From the NCBI GenBank assembly GCA_963710375.1, contig CAVPZX010000008.1, forward strand, positions 128,001-192,000: 64,000 nucleotides of DNA. Direction: 5' to 3'. A program made the position numbers and the translations under genes. Under the pieces are notes generated by a model that searched no databases, was not told where the DNA came from, and saw only the letters and a list, made by a program, of their open reading frames with translations. The stretch is from Nitrospirota bacterium. Its GTDB lineage: Bacteria; Nitrospirota; Thermodesulfovibrionia; Thermodesulfovibrionales; Dissulfurispiraceae. Shown piece after piece: positions 29,651-39,299 of this stretch. Numbering within the stretch: the stretch's first letter is position 1; each line of letters opens with the position of its first letter.

Positions 29651-30414
29651 CACCATATAATATCCTCAAGGTTGAAGACAGGACCCTCTTTACACACCCG
29701 TTTTTGTCCGGTAACGGTCTTCACCATGCAGCCGAGACATGCGCCTATGCCACATGCCATATGCTCTTCGAGGGATGCACAACATTTGAGTCCCGCGGCA
29801 CGCGCCATCTGAGAGAGTTCCTTAAGCATTGGAGTCGGACCGCATGAATAAATAGGCAATGCACTATGAGTGATGCGTGATTCTCCGATAAAGTCTCCCA
29901 CCGCACAGGTCACGCATCCCTTTAGTCCATCAGACCCGTTATCAGTTGTGATAAAAATCTTCTTCGATAATTCCCGGGCCTCTTCAAGCATGACCAGTTC
30001 ATCACTTTTCATCGCACCATAAAATAAATATGCACGATTTTTATATTTCCGCATAAATGGAAGCAAGGAGGCAATGCCTATCCCGCCGGCAACCGCAATA
30101 AAGTCCCCTTGAGGCTCGGGGTAGCTGTTTCCCAGAGGCCCGATAACCTGGAGCATGTCACCCTCTCTGAGTTGAGAAAGCGACAAGGTCCCTTTTCCGC
30201 GGATCCGGTAAAGGAAGCTCAAATGGTTCTGCCGCATACTGTAAATACTAAAAGGCCTTTTTAAAAGCGGATCGCAGGCGGTGCCGGTCTGTATCATATA
30301 GAATTGGCCAGGCTGGGGGACAATGATCTCTGACAAAGCCCGCAGCGTCAGAAGCTTGAAATGGGTGTTCTGTGAGGTGTTGCCGACAATCTCAGAAGTG
30401 AAAAATTTATACAA
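29650..30414 (-). CDS. pyrK: Dihydroorotate dehydrogenase electron transfer subunit
   Basis: PGQF, RPFSI, GPLGN, AGGIG, CGP..M, MACGIGACLGC..VCKEGPVF. Confidence 0.93.
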   Translation of the reverse strand: MYKFFTSEIVGNTSQNTHFKLLTLRALSEIIVPQPGQFYMIQTGTACDPLLKRPFSIYSMRQNHLSFLYRIRGKGTLSLSQLREGDMLQVIGPLGNSYPEPQGDFIAVAGGIGIASLLPFMRKYKNRAYLFYGAMKSDELVMLEEARELSKKIFITTDNGSDGLKGCVTCAVGDFIGESRITHSALPIYSCGPTPMLKELSQMARAAGLKCCASLEEHMACGIGACLGCMVKTVTGQKRVCKEGPVFNLEDIIW

Positions 30415-30880
30415 AAGTTATCTCTACGATCTCGTATTCAATACTCCGCGCAGGCGCCTTGACCACAGCAGTATCGCCTACCTCTTTGCCGATCAGCGCC
30501 CTGCCGACGGGAGAACTTATCGATATCTTTCCGCTCTTGACATCCGCCTCGTCAGGACCTACGAGTATGAACTCATACTCTTCATCAGCCCCTGTATCAA
30601 ACACCTTGACCTTTGCGCCAAAGGCCACCCTTGATTGGGTTATCTTTGAGGTATCGATGACATCGGCCATAGCCAACTTGCCCTGGAGCTCCTGGATACG
30701 ACCTTCAATAAACGATTGCCGTTCCTTGGCAGCGTGGTACTCGGCGTTCTCCGATAAGTCACCGTGGGCCCGTGCTTCCGCTATGTCCTTTATGTTTTTC
30801 GGCCTGTCTTCTTTTAACAACTTGCCGAGTTCTTCCTTCATCTTCTGATATCCATCAGGTGTCATTGGCATTCGGACCAT
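30407..30880 (-). CDS. greA: Transcription elongation factor GreA
   Basis: ARAHGDLSENAEYHAAKE, ISISSPVGRALIG. Confidence 0.96.
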   Translation of the reverse strand: MVRMPMTPDGYQKMKEELGKLLKEDRPKNIKDIAEARAHGDLSENAEYHAAKERQSFIEGRIQELQGKLAMADVIDTSKITQSRVAFGAKVKVFDTGADEEYEFILVGPDEADVKSGKISISSPVGRALIGKEVGDTAVVKAPARSIEYEIVEITFV

Positions 30881-31060
30881 CTATAGTTGATTCCTCCTTG
30901 AACACAGAGTTTTCTCTGCACACGTAATTTAAGATAACATGTTTAGACAGTTTTTTCAAAAAGCGCCTTCGGCAAACTTGCGCTCAGCATTGAGCTTTGG
31001 GTAACAAAGGCTAATTGCTCTCGGGCGGAAAAACAGCACTGCCCATGCCTTTAACGCATT

Positions 31061-31525
31061 TTATGAAGAACTTTTTTGAGGCAGGACCGGCATGGGGGTA
31101 TTGAAATCATACCTTTCGTCATCCATGAGAATTTGTGCTGCGTGGTAATTAGCAATATTTATAACAATCGGGCACCTGAGGTTGGCCGTAATGACGTTGT
31201 TCGCAACACATAGAATGGCAAAGATTACTACATCAGAAGGTCCCTTAATCCCGAGGAACAACTCTTCATCATCCTTTATATCCACGGAATAAGAAGGAAA
31301 AACTATAAATGGATTGATAACGATAAAAGCCACATCGGGATCATCCACCGCATGGAGCCATTTTATCGGGTCCTTGTGTTCGATCAGGACAAACCGTTTT
31401 AATTCCCTGAACCCGGGTATCCCCATAGGGAAGGTAATAATTTTTTTCTCGTCAATCTCAATTTCACCGAATCTTGTTGTAATAATTTTCACCTTTACCT
31501 CGCAATAAATTTGTTCAGCACTCAT
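31061..31525 (-). CDS. fliW: Flagellar assembly factor FliW
   Basis: TTRFGEIEI, FP.GIPGF, AF.VINPF, TANL..PIVIN; adjacent to csrA. Confidence 0.9.
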   Translation of the reverse strand: MSAEQIYCEVKVKIITTRFGEIEIDEKKIITFPMGIPGFRELKRFVLIEHKDPIKWLHAVDDPDVAFIVINPFIVFPSYSVDIKDDEELFLGIKGPSDVVIFAILCVANNVITANLRCPIVINIANYHAAQILMDDERYDFNTPMPVLPQKSSS

Positions 31526-31743
31526 TGTTCGCCAAGAAAATGTTTAAGTCTGTCCATATCCATTTTCGCCGATTCCTTGTTCAATTGCTTGAGCTTCTCG
31601 TAGAGTTCCTCCCGGAATATCGGCAACTCCCTGGGGGCCTCGATACCAAGCTTGACCATACCGTTTCCAACGTCAACGATCTTGATCCGTATGTCATCAC
31701 CTATGTTAATTATCTGTCCCGTCTTGCGGGTGAGAACAAGCAT
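31522..31743 (-). CDS. csrA: Carbon storage regulator CsrA
   Basis: MLVLTRK.G..I.IGDDI, VKLGIEAP....FREEL. Confidence 0.95.
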   Translation of the reverse strand: MLVLTRKTGQIINIGDDIRIKIVDVGNGMVKLGIEAPRELPIFREELYEKLKQLNKESAKMDMDRLKHFLGEQ

Positions 31744-31762
31744 TCATCCCTCAGCTCAAAAA

Positions 31763-33907
31763 TCAAGCAGGCTTAATAAAATCAAAGAGACTTTGATTCA
31801 AAACATCTACTGTAATAGTCCGCAGCGCCTGCAGCGCGGTTTGCTTCAGCGACAGGTCGCTGGTGACCGCGGCAAGGTCCGTATCCTGGGTATTGGCCAA
31901 AAACCCCTGGATATCAGTCTGACTGCTCGTCTGCTGAGCGCTTTCAGTGTTGACTTCGTCCTCCGTAGCGCCGATTTTCGACTGAGTCTGAGATACAACA
32001 GCCGACAAATCGCTCGTATACTGTATGGCCTGCTGGGCACGCCCGTCGTCACCGTTTTGAAGCGATACTTGTTCGAAGTTCAGAGCCCGCAGAATATATT
32101 TATCATTGAGATAGTTGTTATTGAAGCTATAGTAATTAGCCAGCACAGTATTGTCGCTTTGAACAGATCCTCCACCGGCCTGTATACTGGCGTTTGTCGT
32201 TGTAGCGGTATTAAATCCCAATAGCTGTGCTGCGGTTGTATTCGCATTGCCCCATTCAAAATTAACACCAACACCTGCTGCATTAGTTTGATCGATTTTG
32301 AATTTCTCGGAATTCGTATCATACGATACTGAATAAGTATTTCCGGAACCATCGGCTGTAGCAATTTTGTTCAGGTTAGTCTCGATGTCAGCCGCCAATT
32401 GGTTCGCTGTATACGTTCCGGGATCGATGGACATTGTTTGAGCCGCATACCCGGTCTCCTGGACAACAATTTGATTATTTGCAATGTTGTCATTAGAGCC
32501 GTTATCAATGACTATGCTATCATTGGCAGATGCCTGGGTAATATAATTGTAATTCGTAATATTGGTGCCCAGCGTCATACTGTTGCTGACGCCCGGAGCA
32601 TTGTAAGAGAGCATGTTAAGCCCGGTGCCTGAAGGATCTGTCGTTGATGTAACGCTGATATCGATATTCGCCGAACCTCCGGCAGGTTCAGAAGCAATAA
32701 CGAGCCTGAAATCAGGGGCTGCACTTGTTCCAACATTTACAACTTGGGCCTTTACACCCGCGTTAGCACTGTTTATGTCATCACGAACGTCCTGAAGAGT
32801 TGAATTAGCTGCGATAGCCACAGGGACTGCTGACTTCCCGTTGCCGGACGTAATACTAACAGTACCTCCGTTTGTAGTAAATATGCTGTTAGATGAATTA
32901 AATGCCCCGATAGTATTATCACTTTCAATAGTTGCGTGCGCACCGATTGACTGGACACCTGGAGAACTGAAGCCAAGGGCTTCCTCTGTATTCAGCGTTG
33001 TTCCTCCCCAGTTTACAGGTACGATGGCGCCAGTGTTATTAGTGATCTCAATTTTATTAATACTGGAATCATATGAAAAGGTCACCCCTGTTGCAGTAGC
33101 CGGAGCTGCCGCATTAAGTTGGGCGACAAACGAACTTGCGGAGGTATAAGCAACGGCAGCAGAGCCGACGTTAAGGGCGTAGGATGCAGTGCCTATACTG
33201 ATCGAATCTCCAGGATCAATAGTATATATTGGACTGGTCGGAACAGTTGTCTCCAGCGCTGATACAGGGTCGGCATCAAAGATGGTATTCGCCCCGTTGT
33301 TTTTCCAGTTATAAGTCGGTAAAATGGCAGTTGTGGAATCCGCATTGCCATTGACACGCGCAAAGCTGAACAGGCTGCCGGCCGGAACGTTGGCGGTAAC
33401 ATTGACTCCGATACCTATATTGAGATTGACTGAACTGTTGTCCGAAATAAGCTCGCCCGTCTTTGGGTCAATAGGATTCACATTAGAGTTGTCCCCTGCA
33501 AATATGTACTGGCCGTTTACATTTGTATTGGCAATACTGGTCGCTGTGTTGGTCAGTTGTTGTAGTTCATCTGATATAGCTTGCATTGATTGGACGTCAG
33601 TAGTGCCGCTCCCTGCGCTTATCGCAAGTTCGTTGGCCCTTTGCAGCGTATTGTTCAGGGTTGAGAGGGAGGTGTCAAGGGACTCGAGAGGAGCTTTAGC
33701 AACAGTAATAGCGTTTTGATATTCTGTGATATCAGACAATTGGGTCTTGTAACCGACAATCTGAACAAGAGCGGCAGGATCGTCCGAGGGTTGATTGACC
33801 TTGTAACCGCTTGAAATCTGTTCCGTATCAGTGAGCTCAGACTGAAGGTTTTGCTCTACCCCTGTCATAAACTGGTTCTCAAACATTTGGTTAGTTATTA
33901 TTTCCAT
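31763..33907 (-). CDS. flgL: Hook-filament junction protein FlgL (enlarged, 714 aa)
   Basis: ISSG.KVNQPSDDP, ANT..NGQYIFAG, C-terminal SLFDFI; follows flgK. Confidence 0.88.
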   Translation of the reverse strand: MEIITNQMFENQFMTGVEQNLQSELTDTEQISSGYKVNQPSDDPAALVQIVGYKTQLSDITEYQNAITVAKAPLESLDTSLSTLNNTLQRANELAISAGSGTTDVQSMQAISDELQQLTNTATSIANTNVNGQYIFAGDNSNVNPIDPKTGELISDNSSVNLNIGIGVNVTANVPAGSLFSFARVNGNADSTTAILPTYNWKNNGANTIFDADPVSALETTVPTSPIYTIDPGDSISIGTASYALNVGSAAVAYTSASSFVAQLNAAAPATATGVTFSYDSSINKIEITNNTGAIVPVNWGGTTLNTEEALGFSSPGVQSIGAHATIESDNTIGAFNSSNSIFTTNGGTVSITSGNGKSAVPVAIAANSTLQDVRDDINSANAGVKAQVVNVGTSAAPDFRLVIASEPAGGSANIDISVTSTTDPSGTGLNMLSYNAPGVSNSMTLGTNITNYNYITQASANDSIVIDNGSNDNIANNQIVVQETGYAAQTMSIDPGTYTANQLAADIETNLNKIATADGSGNTYSVSYDTNSEKFKIDQTNAAGVGVNFEWGNANTTAAQLLGFNTATTTNASIQAGGGSVQSDNTVLANYYSFNNNYLNDKYILRALNFEQVSLQNGDDGRAQQAIQYTSDLSAVVSQTQSKIGATEDEVNTESAQQTSSQTDIQGFLANTQDTDLAAVTSDLSLKQTALQALRTITVDVLNQSLFDFIKPA

Positions 33908-33953
33908 AAACGTCCCCCTATTCGACCGACTTCAATGTGCCGCCTGACTGTTG

Positions 33954-36833
33954 TTATGCATTTGGGTTCACCATCTGTAAAAGCGTTGTCAGCATCTGGT
34001 TAGCAGTGGTTATCAACTGTGCCGCAGCCTCATATGACTTCTGATAAACTATCAGATTGCTGGCCTCTGCATCCATGCTCACACCAGAGACTTGTTGCTG
34101 CTGTTGGCTAAGTTCACTCATAAGGCTAGAGTGATATTGCAGATTTGTGTTTGCGGACGATGCATCTACACCGATGTTCGAAACCATGCTCATATACATA
34201 TCAGTCGGCGTTGAGCCTGCAAACCTGGTTCCGTTAGACTGGTTGAAAATAGTCTGCGCATTAGAATTATCTCCCGGCAGCCCCAGTGTAGCGTTCGTCT
34301 CGACAGATGCAGGGTTATCGCTCACAGCGGAACTTCCCACTGCGGCAGAGGAAACGCTCCCGTTGACAGCGCCGACTTTTGCCGGAATAGTCAAGGAGCC
34401 GCCCGAAACGAAACCGAACTGCTGAGGTTGGGCGGTGCTGGTACCCCAGTTAATTGTCGCGGCAGCACCGCCGGAATTCGAAATAGTGAAATTATTGGTG
34501 GCTGCGTTATAAGCAACAGATAAAGTGGTGAGCGGCTCCGCGGTAGTCAGGGCAGTATTAATCGCTGCAGCAAGAGCTGCTCCTGTATACGGCGATCCAG
34601 CGGTTGAAATTGTTGCAGTCTGGTTGCCTCCCCCATCGTTGAAAACTATTGTATTATTTTGATTAGGGCCGGCTCCGTTAATTGCAAAAGAATTGAGTGA
34701 AGCGTCTTTGCTGAAGCCGAATACCTGATTTGCCGTCGATGCAGAGTTCGACGACCACAGCAAATTTATAGAGTCACTGCCGCTCGGCATCGTGATATTA
34801 AACTGTTTTGTATTCGGGTTAAAAGCAACTTGAAGCGTATCCGATAACGCACTCCCGGTACTATTCTGATACGCCGTTTGAATTGCCGCTGTTAAAGCAG
34901 CGGAAATGTCATCCGATTGTCCGGGATCATTTGTATATGTTCCCGACGGGATCACTGCCGTTATGTCGGGCCCGCCATTCACATTAAATACCACGCTGTT
35001 ATTACTGCTGTTTATGTTCCACGTATCGCTTGATGCAGCTACCTGATTGGGGTCGGCAATAGTTGTCGCAATGTCTTCGGCTGCTTTGGAGTCAAGTTGT
35101 ACGCCAAATGTCTCGCCGTTGGGATTAGTTGTGCTGTTGATCCCTGTGCCGTCTATCTGAACCTGGATACCCTGGAACTCAAGTGTTCTCGATAACCCGG
35201 AAGCATCAGAGGTCAGATTAACATCAGATTGGTTAATAGTAGATGGGTCCGAAGGATTATACGATGTATTCGGAGGAACCGTTGTCCATGTGCCGCCGCC
35301 GTCCGTCGATTCCATAACGCGCCAGTATATACCGGTAGTGCCGTCTTCCTGATAGCCGGCGCCACCGCTATAATTATAATCTATCTTATATTGGGCATTT
35401 GCGACCGTCTGAGCCGGATCAGTAACGCTCACCGATGACATCACAGTGCCGGCAGCTCCGGGAGTGCCGCTGGCAAGCATAGGACTGGTCGCAAGCAAAT
35501 TGAGGCCTGAGCCTGCGGCATCATTCGTCGATACAACCCCTATCTTCACATTCCCCAGGTTCCCAACCGGGTTTGATTGAATGCTGATCCTGTAATCAGG
35601 GCTAGCTGTAGTACCGAGGTTAACAACCGATGCAGTCACTTTGGAACCTGCCTGCTCATTAATGTCCGTAACAGTTTGCTGAAGTGTTGATCCGGCGGCA
35701 ACGTTGACTGTTGCAGGTGACGCATCGTTGTCACCGAGTTTTATCGACAACGTACCTCCATTAGTAGAAAATGTCTCATTCGGCGAAGTAAATAAGCCTG
35801 CAACTGAATCAACAGAAGTATACTTTGCCTGAAATGAAAGAGGCTGGAAGAAATTGGTTCCAGTGGAGCCATCAAGCCCGTATCCCTGTGTTTGATAGTA
35901 ATTGGTGGTATCGGCCAAATTCACTGCAAAGGCATTCAACTGATTTATATAGCCCGGGATCTGGGTATCTCTCAAGTCAATATTAGCCTTGATCTCACCG
36001 CCTGTGATCAAAGATGTAATGTCAGGCTCACCTGGACTGCCCTCTGCAGAATTGGGCACAACGCTGACATAGAAACGCATATTGTTGGAAGAATCAGTGG
36101 CAACGCTCATTTTGTACGATTCGTTACCCTCAACAAGAGGGGCGCCTCCCACCATTACCGAATACATTCCAGAGGCGGGGTCCTGATAGGTTGAGACTTT
36201 TACAATCCCATTCAACTTGTTCACCAGGGCGTCCCGCTGGTCCTGAAGGTCCAGTGAGCCTGGGTTCCCTGCTAGCTCTCCGTTTAAAGTCGCGATCTGT
36301 GAGCTATATGTATTAACCTGAGTTACAAGCGTCTGACTGCTTGCCAGCAATTGGTTGCTCACGCTGTTAAGAGAACCCGCGGCCGTATTCAGGCTGTTAC
36401 TCAGACTCGTAGCATCCGCAATAAGCGTTGTCCGTTGCGCATCGTCTTGCGGATTTTGCGCAATATTCTGCCAATCATCAAAAAAAGTTGTTATGGCAGG
36501 GCTGATGCCGGAGCTGGACGCCTCATTAAAAACATCCTGGACCTGAGTAATAGCTGTATTATAATTAGTCCAGTAGGAAACATTTGAATTTTCAGCATTG
36601 ACCTGGGCATTGACAAATGAATTATAAGACCTGGTTATGTCACTGACCTGCACTCCATTTCCCGTAGAACCTTTCGCGCTTATAATTCCGCTCGGCACGG
36701 TCAACACATTTGCCTGCTCCACAGTATAATCAGGGGTCTGCGAATTGGCAACATTATTTCCAGTGACTTGCAGCTGCTGGTCCGCAGTTTCAAGCCCGGA
36801 CAGTCCAATATTCATCAAAGCTAAAATAGACAC
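33954..36833 (-). CDS. flgK: Hook-associated protein FlgK (enlarged, 959 aa)
   Basis: GLSGL...GNNVAN..T.DY, DL.DQRD, C-terminal SGVSMDAE..NL..YQKSYEAAA. Confidence 0.9.
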   Translation of the reverse strand: MSILALMNIGLSGLETADQQLQVTGNNVANSQTPDYTVEQANVLTVPSGIISAKGSTGNGVQVSDITRSYNSFVNAQVNAENSNVSYWTNYNTAITQVQDVFNEASSSGISPAITTFFDDWQNIAQNPQDDAQRTTLIADATSLSNSLNTAAGSLNSVSNQLLASSQTLVTQVNTYSSQIATLNGELAGNPGSLDLQDQRDALVNKLNGIVKVSTYQDPASGMYSVMVGGAPLVEGNESYKMSVATDSSNNMRFYVSVVPNSAEGSPGEPDITSLITGGEIKANIDLRDTQIPGYINQLNAFAVNLADTTNYYQTQGYGLDGSTGTNFFQPLSFQAKYTSVDSVAGLFTSPNETFSTNGGTLSIKLGDNDASPATVNVAAGSTLQQTVTDINEQAGSKVTASVVNLGTTASPDYRISIQSNPVGNLGNVKIGVVSTNDAAGSGLNLLATSPMLASGTPGAAGTVMSSVSVTDPAQTVANAQYKIDYNYSGGAGYQEDGTTGIYWRVMESTDGGGTWTTVPPNTSYNPSDPSTINQSDVNLTSDASGLSRTLEFQGIQVQIDGTGINSTTNPNGETFGVQLDSKAAEDIATTIADPNQVAASSDTWNINSSNNSVVFNVNGGPDITAVIPSGTYTNDPGQSDDISAALTAAIQTAYQNSTGSALSDTLQVAFNPNTKQFNITMPSGSDSINLLWSSNSASTANQVFGFSKDASLNSFAINGAGPNQNNTIVFNDGGGNQTATISTAGSPYTGAALAAAINTALTTAEPLTTLSVAYNAATNNFTISNSGGAAATINWGTSTAQPQQFGFVSGGSLTIPAKVGAVNGSVSSAAVGSSAVSDNPASVETNATLGLPGDNSNAQTIFNQSNGTRFAGSTPTDMYMSMVSNIGVDASSANTNLQYHSSLMSELSQQQQQVSGVSMDAEASNLIVYQKSYEAAAQLITTANQMLTTLLQMVNPNA

Positions 36834-37271
36834 TTAAGCCTCCACAGATACTTTTTGCCGCGCGGTTACGCCGAAGCTGTTAAGAAATTTATATGAAGCT
36901 TTAACATAGTAAAGAGATTTTTCAATTAATTTTCCATTAAATTTATTTAGTTCAGTAATGCTGTGTATAACCGAAGTAAATTTTGATGCTATAGCCGTGA
37001 GCTTATCTCTGTATTCATCAGCCGCAGCTGCCGCAACCTGGGATATTGTCTTGTTCTTAAATCCAAGCCGGTCAAGTATTCTTTCACGAGCTTCATCACA
37101 CATTCTGATATTAGTTGAGATGGCTTCCTTTTCAGCAAGCAATTGCTCCAATGCGTTAGGGTTAAGACTGATGATAACATCTTTCTCCTTTTGTAACAGG
37201 TCTACAAGCTGGGTGCAAAAGAAAAACTCTTTTTCCAGAACATCAATAAGCTCTTCATATAACAGAATCAA
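36834..37271 (-). CDS. flgN: Flagellar chaperone FlgN
   Basis: Helical protein with LN..NG.LI..SL motif between flgM and flgK. Confidence 0.75.
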   Translation of the reverse strand: MILLYEELIDVLEKEFFFCTQLVDLLQKEKDVIISLNPNALEQLLAEKEAISTNIRMCDEARERILDRLGFKNKTISQVAAAAADEYRDKLTAIASKFTSVIHSITELNKFNGKLIEKSLYYVKASYKFLNSFGVTARQKVSVEA

Positions 37272-37551
37272 TTAAAGCCTCCTTCAGCACCTTGCCGGCC
37301 ACAGCTTCTCCTTTGACATTGTAGGTGCCGTTATTAATAGCATTTTTTACTTCATTAACAACATCCGGCCTTATGTCAGGGAGTTTGCTCACTTCTGCCT
37401 GGAGTCTCCCTATTTCCTTTGCCTGGTCAGAAACCAAAACCTTATCCTGAGGAGCAACCCCGCCAGCCTGCTCGCCGGTGCCCTGTCCCTTCGTCCTGTC
37501 AGGTGGCTGAATACCTGAACCGCTAATGTCAACCTTGTCTGTGATAATCAT
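37255..37551 (-). CDS. flgM: Anti-sigma28 factor FlgM
   Basis: DKV.VS..A, PDIR...V..VK.AI..G.Y.V. Confidence 0.88.
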   Translation of the reverse strand: MIITDKVDISGSGIQPPDRTKGQGTGEQAGGVAPQDKVLVSDQAKEIGRLQAEVSKLPDIRPDVVNEVKNAINNGTYNVKGEAVAGKVLKEALIDSVI

Positions 37552-37600
37552 TTTCTCTTTACCCCCTCATTTGGTATGTATACATAAGTATACATATACT

Positions 37601-37627
37601 ATATCGGGGAATTGTATAAAATATTAA
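37601..37627 (-). promoter_or_regulatory. Sigma28 promoter of flgMNKL
   Basis: TTAA-N15-CCCGATAT upstream of flgM. Confidence 0.6.
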
Positions 37628-37983
37628 CCAGCCGTGCCTGGCCTCAATATCACCTTGTTTTTATGAGCTGAATCTCCTTTTTCAGTGTTAATTGTTTTAA
37701 AAGTGCTTTCATTTTTAAGGAAAAAATCTGCCAAACCGATCCCTCTTACAGCCAACGACTTCGAGATTTCCGAAGTTATGACAGGTAAGAAAGTGGAAAC
37801 TGTTCTGTCTTGTCCGAAAGACGTATTTTCCATCATTACCCTTAACAATTCATTCAGGAATTCTGTTTCAACCTGTTTTGCGGCAGTTTTTGCATCATCC
37901 TTCTCACTGCCATGCACATTCTGTGCCCGGGTCTTCCCGAATGCCATTTGCGCTGAGTAAATGTGATGTCCTATCCCGTTCAT
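37624..37983 (-). CDS. flgJ: FlgJ-like rod-binding protein (no muramidase domain)
   Basis: AAKQVE..FL..LL..M, GIGLAD; follows flgI. Confidence 0.7.
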   Translation of the reverse strand: MNGIGHHIYSAQMAFGKTRAQNVHGSEKDDAKTAAKQVETEFLNELLRVMMENTSFGQDRTVSTFLPVITSEISKSLAVRGIGLADFFLKNESTFKTINTEKGDSAHKNKVILRPGTAG

Positions 37984-38020
37984 GATTTCAATTTCCTTAA
38001 AATTATACGGCTTTGTATAT

Positions 38021-38143
38021 ACGGCTTTGTAAAAAGTCCATAGGCAAGGCGCACAAATACCGAGGAATAAGGCGTACTTTCATGTACGCCGCAGTGAGGA
38101 GGTGTGCAGTGCAACGCAGCATATGGATTTTTTACGAAGCCGT
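38021..38143. mobile_element. MITE-like hairpin element (123 bp) with a 14-bp tandem duplication at its left end
   Basis: TIRs ACGGCTTTGTAAAAAGTCCATA / TATGGATTTTTTACGAAGCCGT; central AGGCGTAC-loop-GTACGCC; TATACGGCTTTGTA repeated at 38004 and 38018. Confidence 0.75.
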
Positions 38144-38146
38144 CGT

Positions 38147-39250
38147 TCACATTATCACCAGTTCTGCGTTTAGACTTCCCTCAGCCTTGATCGCCTGCAT
38201 TATTGCCACAAGATCTTTCGGAGTAACACCCAGGGTATTCAGGGCCCTTACGAGTTCTCCTATAGTAGAGCCTTTTACCTGAGCTAACGATACCCTTTGC
38301 CCCCCGGCTGTCGGCGCAGCAGCCGCCCCGGCCCCTACAGGTGCCGGAGGAGGAGGCTGATTAATCATTATGGTCAGCGCGCCCTGCGCGAGAGCAACAG
38401 GACTGATAGTCACGTTTTCACCCATAACGACAGTGCCGGTCCGTTCATTGATGATTACCCGGGCAGGCGTGTCGACAGAAACATTAATCATTTCAACGGT
38501 TGCGATCAGATTCACCACTTTATCAGCAAAGCTATCGGGTACAATCAGCGACACCGCCGAAGGTCCATCAGCTTTTGCAAAAAGGCCGCCGAGCCGTTCA
38601 TTAATTTTGCTAGCGACTCTTATGGACGTTGTGAAATCCGGCATGTTAAGCAAAATTTCGAGACTGTTCTTCTTGTTTAGCTGCACAGGGACTTCTCTTT
38701 CAACTATGGCTCCGTTCGGCACTGTTCCTGTATTAGGAGTGTTCTTTATCGCCGTTGTGATGCCGCCCGCGGCGAACCCCCCGATAGATACAGGCCCCTG
38801 CGCTATCGCATAAACATTATCGTCAAGTCCCTTAAGGGGTGTCGTAAAAAGCGTGCCACCCAGCAAACTCTTGCAGTCGCCGATGGAAGAAACCTCAACA
38901 TCGATCTTGGCGCCGGGTTTAAGCATGGTTGGAAGTTTGGCCGTAACAATGACCGCCGCGATGTTTTTAGTTTTTCCTTTTACATCACCAGGGAGTATAT
39001 TAATGCCCATACGTTTAAGCATATTGGCAACGGGCTGGAAATAATATGTCCCGTCCGAATCTCCTGTTCCTTTAAGTCCGGCGACAAGCCCATACCCGAT
39101 AAGTTCATTTTCCCTGGCCCCTGAAAATGTTGCTATATCCTTTATCCTCTCAGCATGGACAACAGCAGGCAGTAAGCAGTACGCAGCAAGCACTAAAAAA
39201 TAAGAAAAAAGAACTTGCCTTATTAAGATTGTACCAGGACCGCACTTCAT
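38147..39250 (-). CDS. flgI: Flagellar P-ring protein
   Basis: RIKDI, N.LIGYGLV.GL.GTGD, KNIAAV.VTA, INERTGTVV. Confidence 0.95.
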   Translation of the reverse strand: MKCGPGTILIRQVLFSYFLVLAAYCLLPAVVHAERIKDIATFSGARENELIGYGLVAGLKGTGDSDGTYYFQPVANMLKRMGINILPGDVKGKTKNIAAVIVTAKLPTMLKPGAKIDVEVSSIGDCKSLLGGTLFTTPLKGLDDNVYAIAQGPVSIGGFAAGGITTAIKNTPNTGTVPNGAIVEREVPVQLNKKNSLEILLNMPDFTTSIRVASKINERLGGLFAKADGPSAVSLIVPDSFADKVVNLIATVEMINVSVDTPARVIINERTGTVVMGENVTISPVALAQGALTIMINQPPPPAPVGAGAAAAPTAGGQRVSLAQVKGSTIGELVRALNTLGVTPKDLVAIMQAIKAEGSLNAELVIM

Positions 39251-39299
39251 TGTTTATCCTCCATGCTGCCTATTGTTTAGTTCTTACTGCTTACTATTG
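39163..39299. repeat. Inverted heptamer hairpin (GCAGTAA)n/(TTACTGC)n straddling the flgI start
   Basis: CAGCAGGCAGTAAGCAGTACGCAGCAAGCACT ... TTTAGTTCTTACTGCTTACTATTG. Confidence 0.6.

Noticed and set aside
30961..31060. GGCAAAC-containing hairpin region resembling a c-di-GMP-I riboswitch (similar motif near 51430-51460)
   Set aside because: Lacks the GAAA tetraloop and GACGCAAAG consensus
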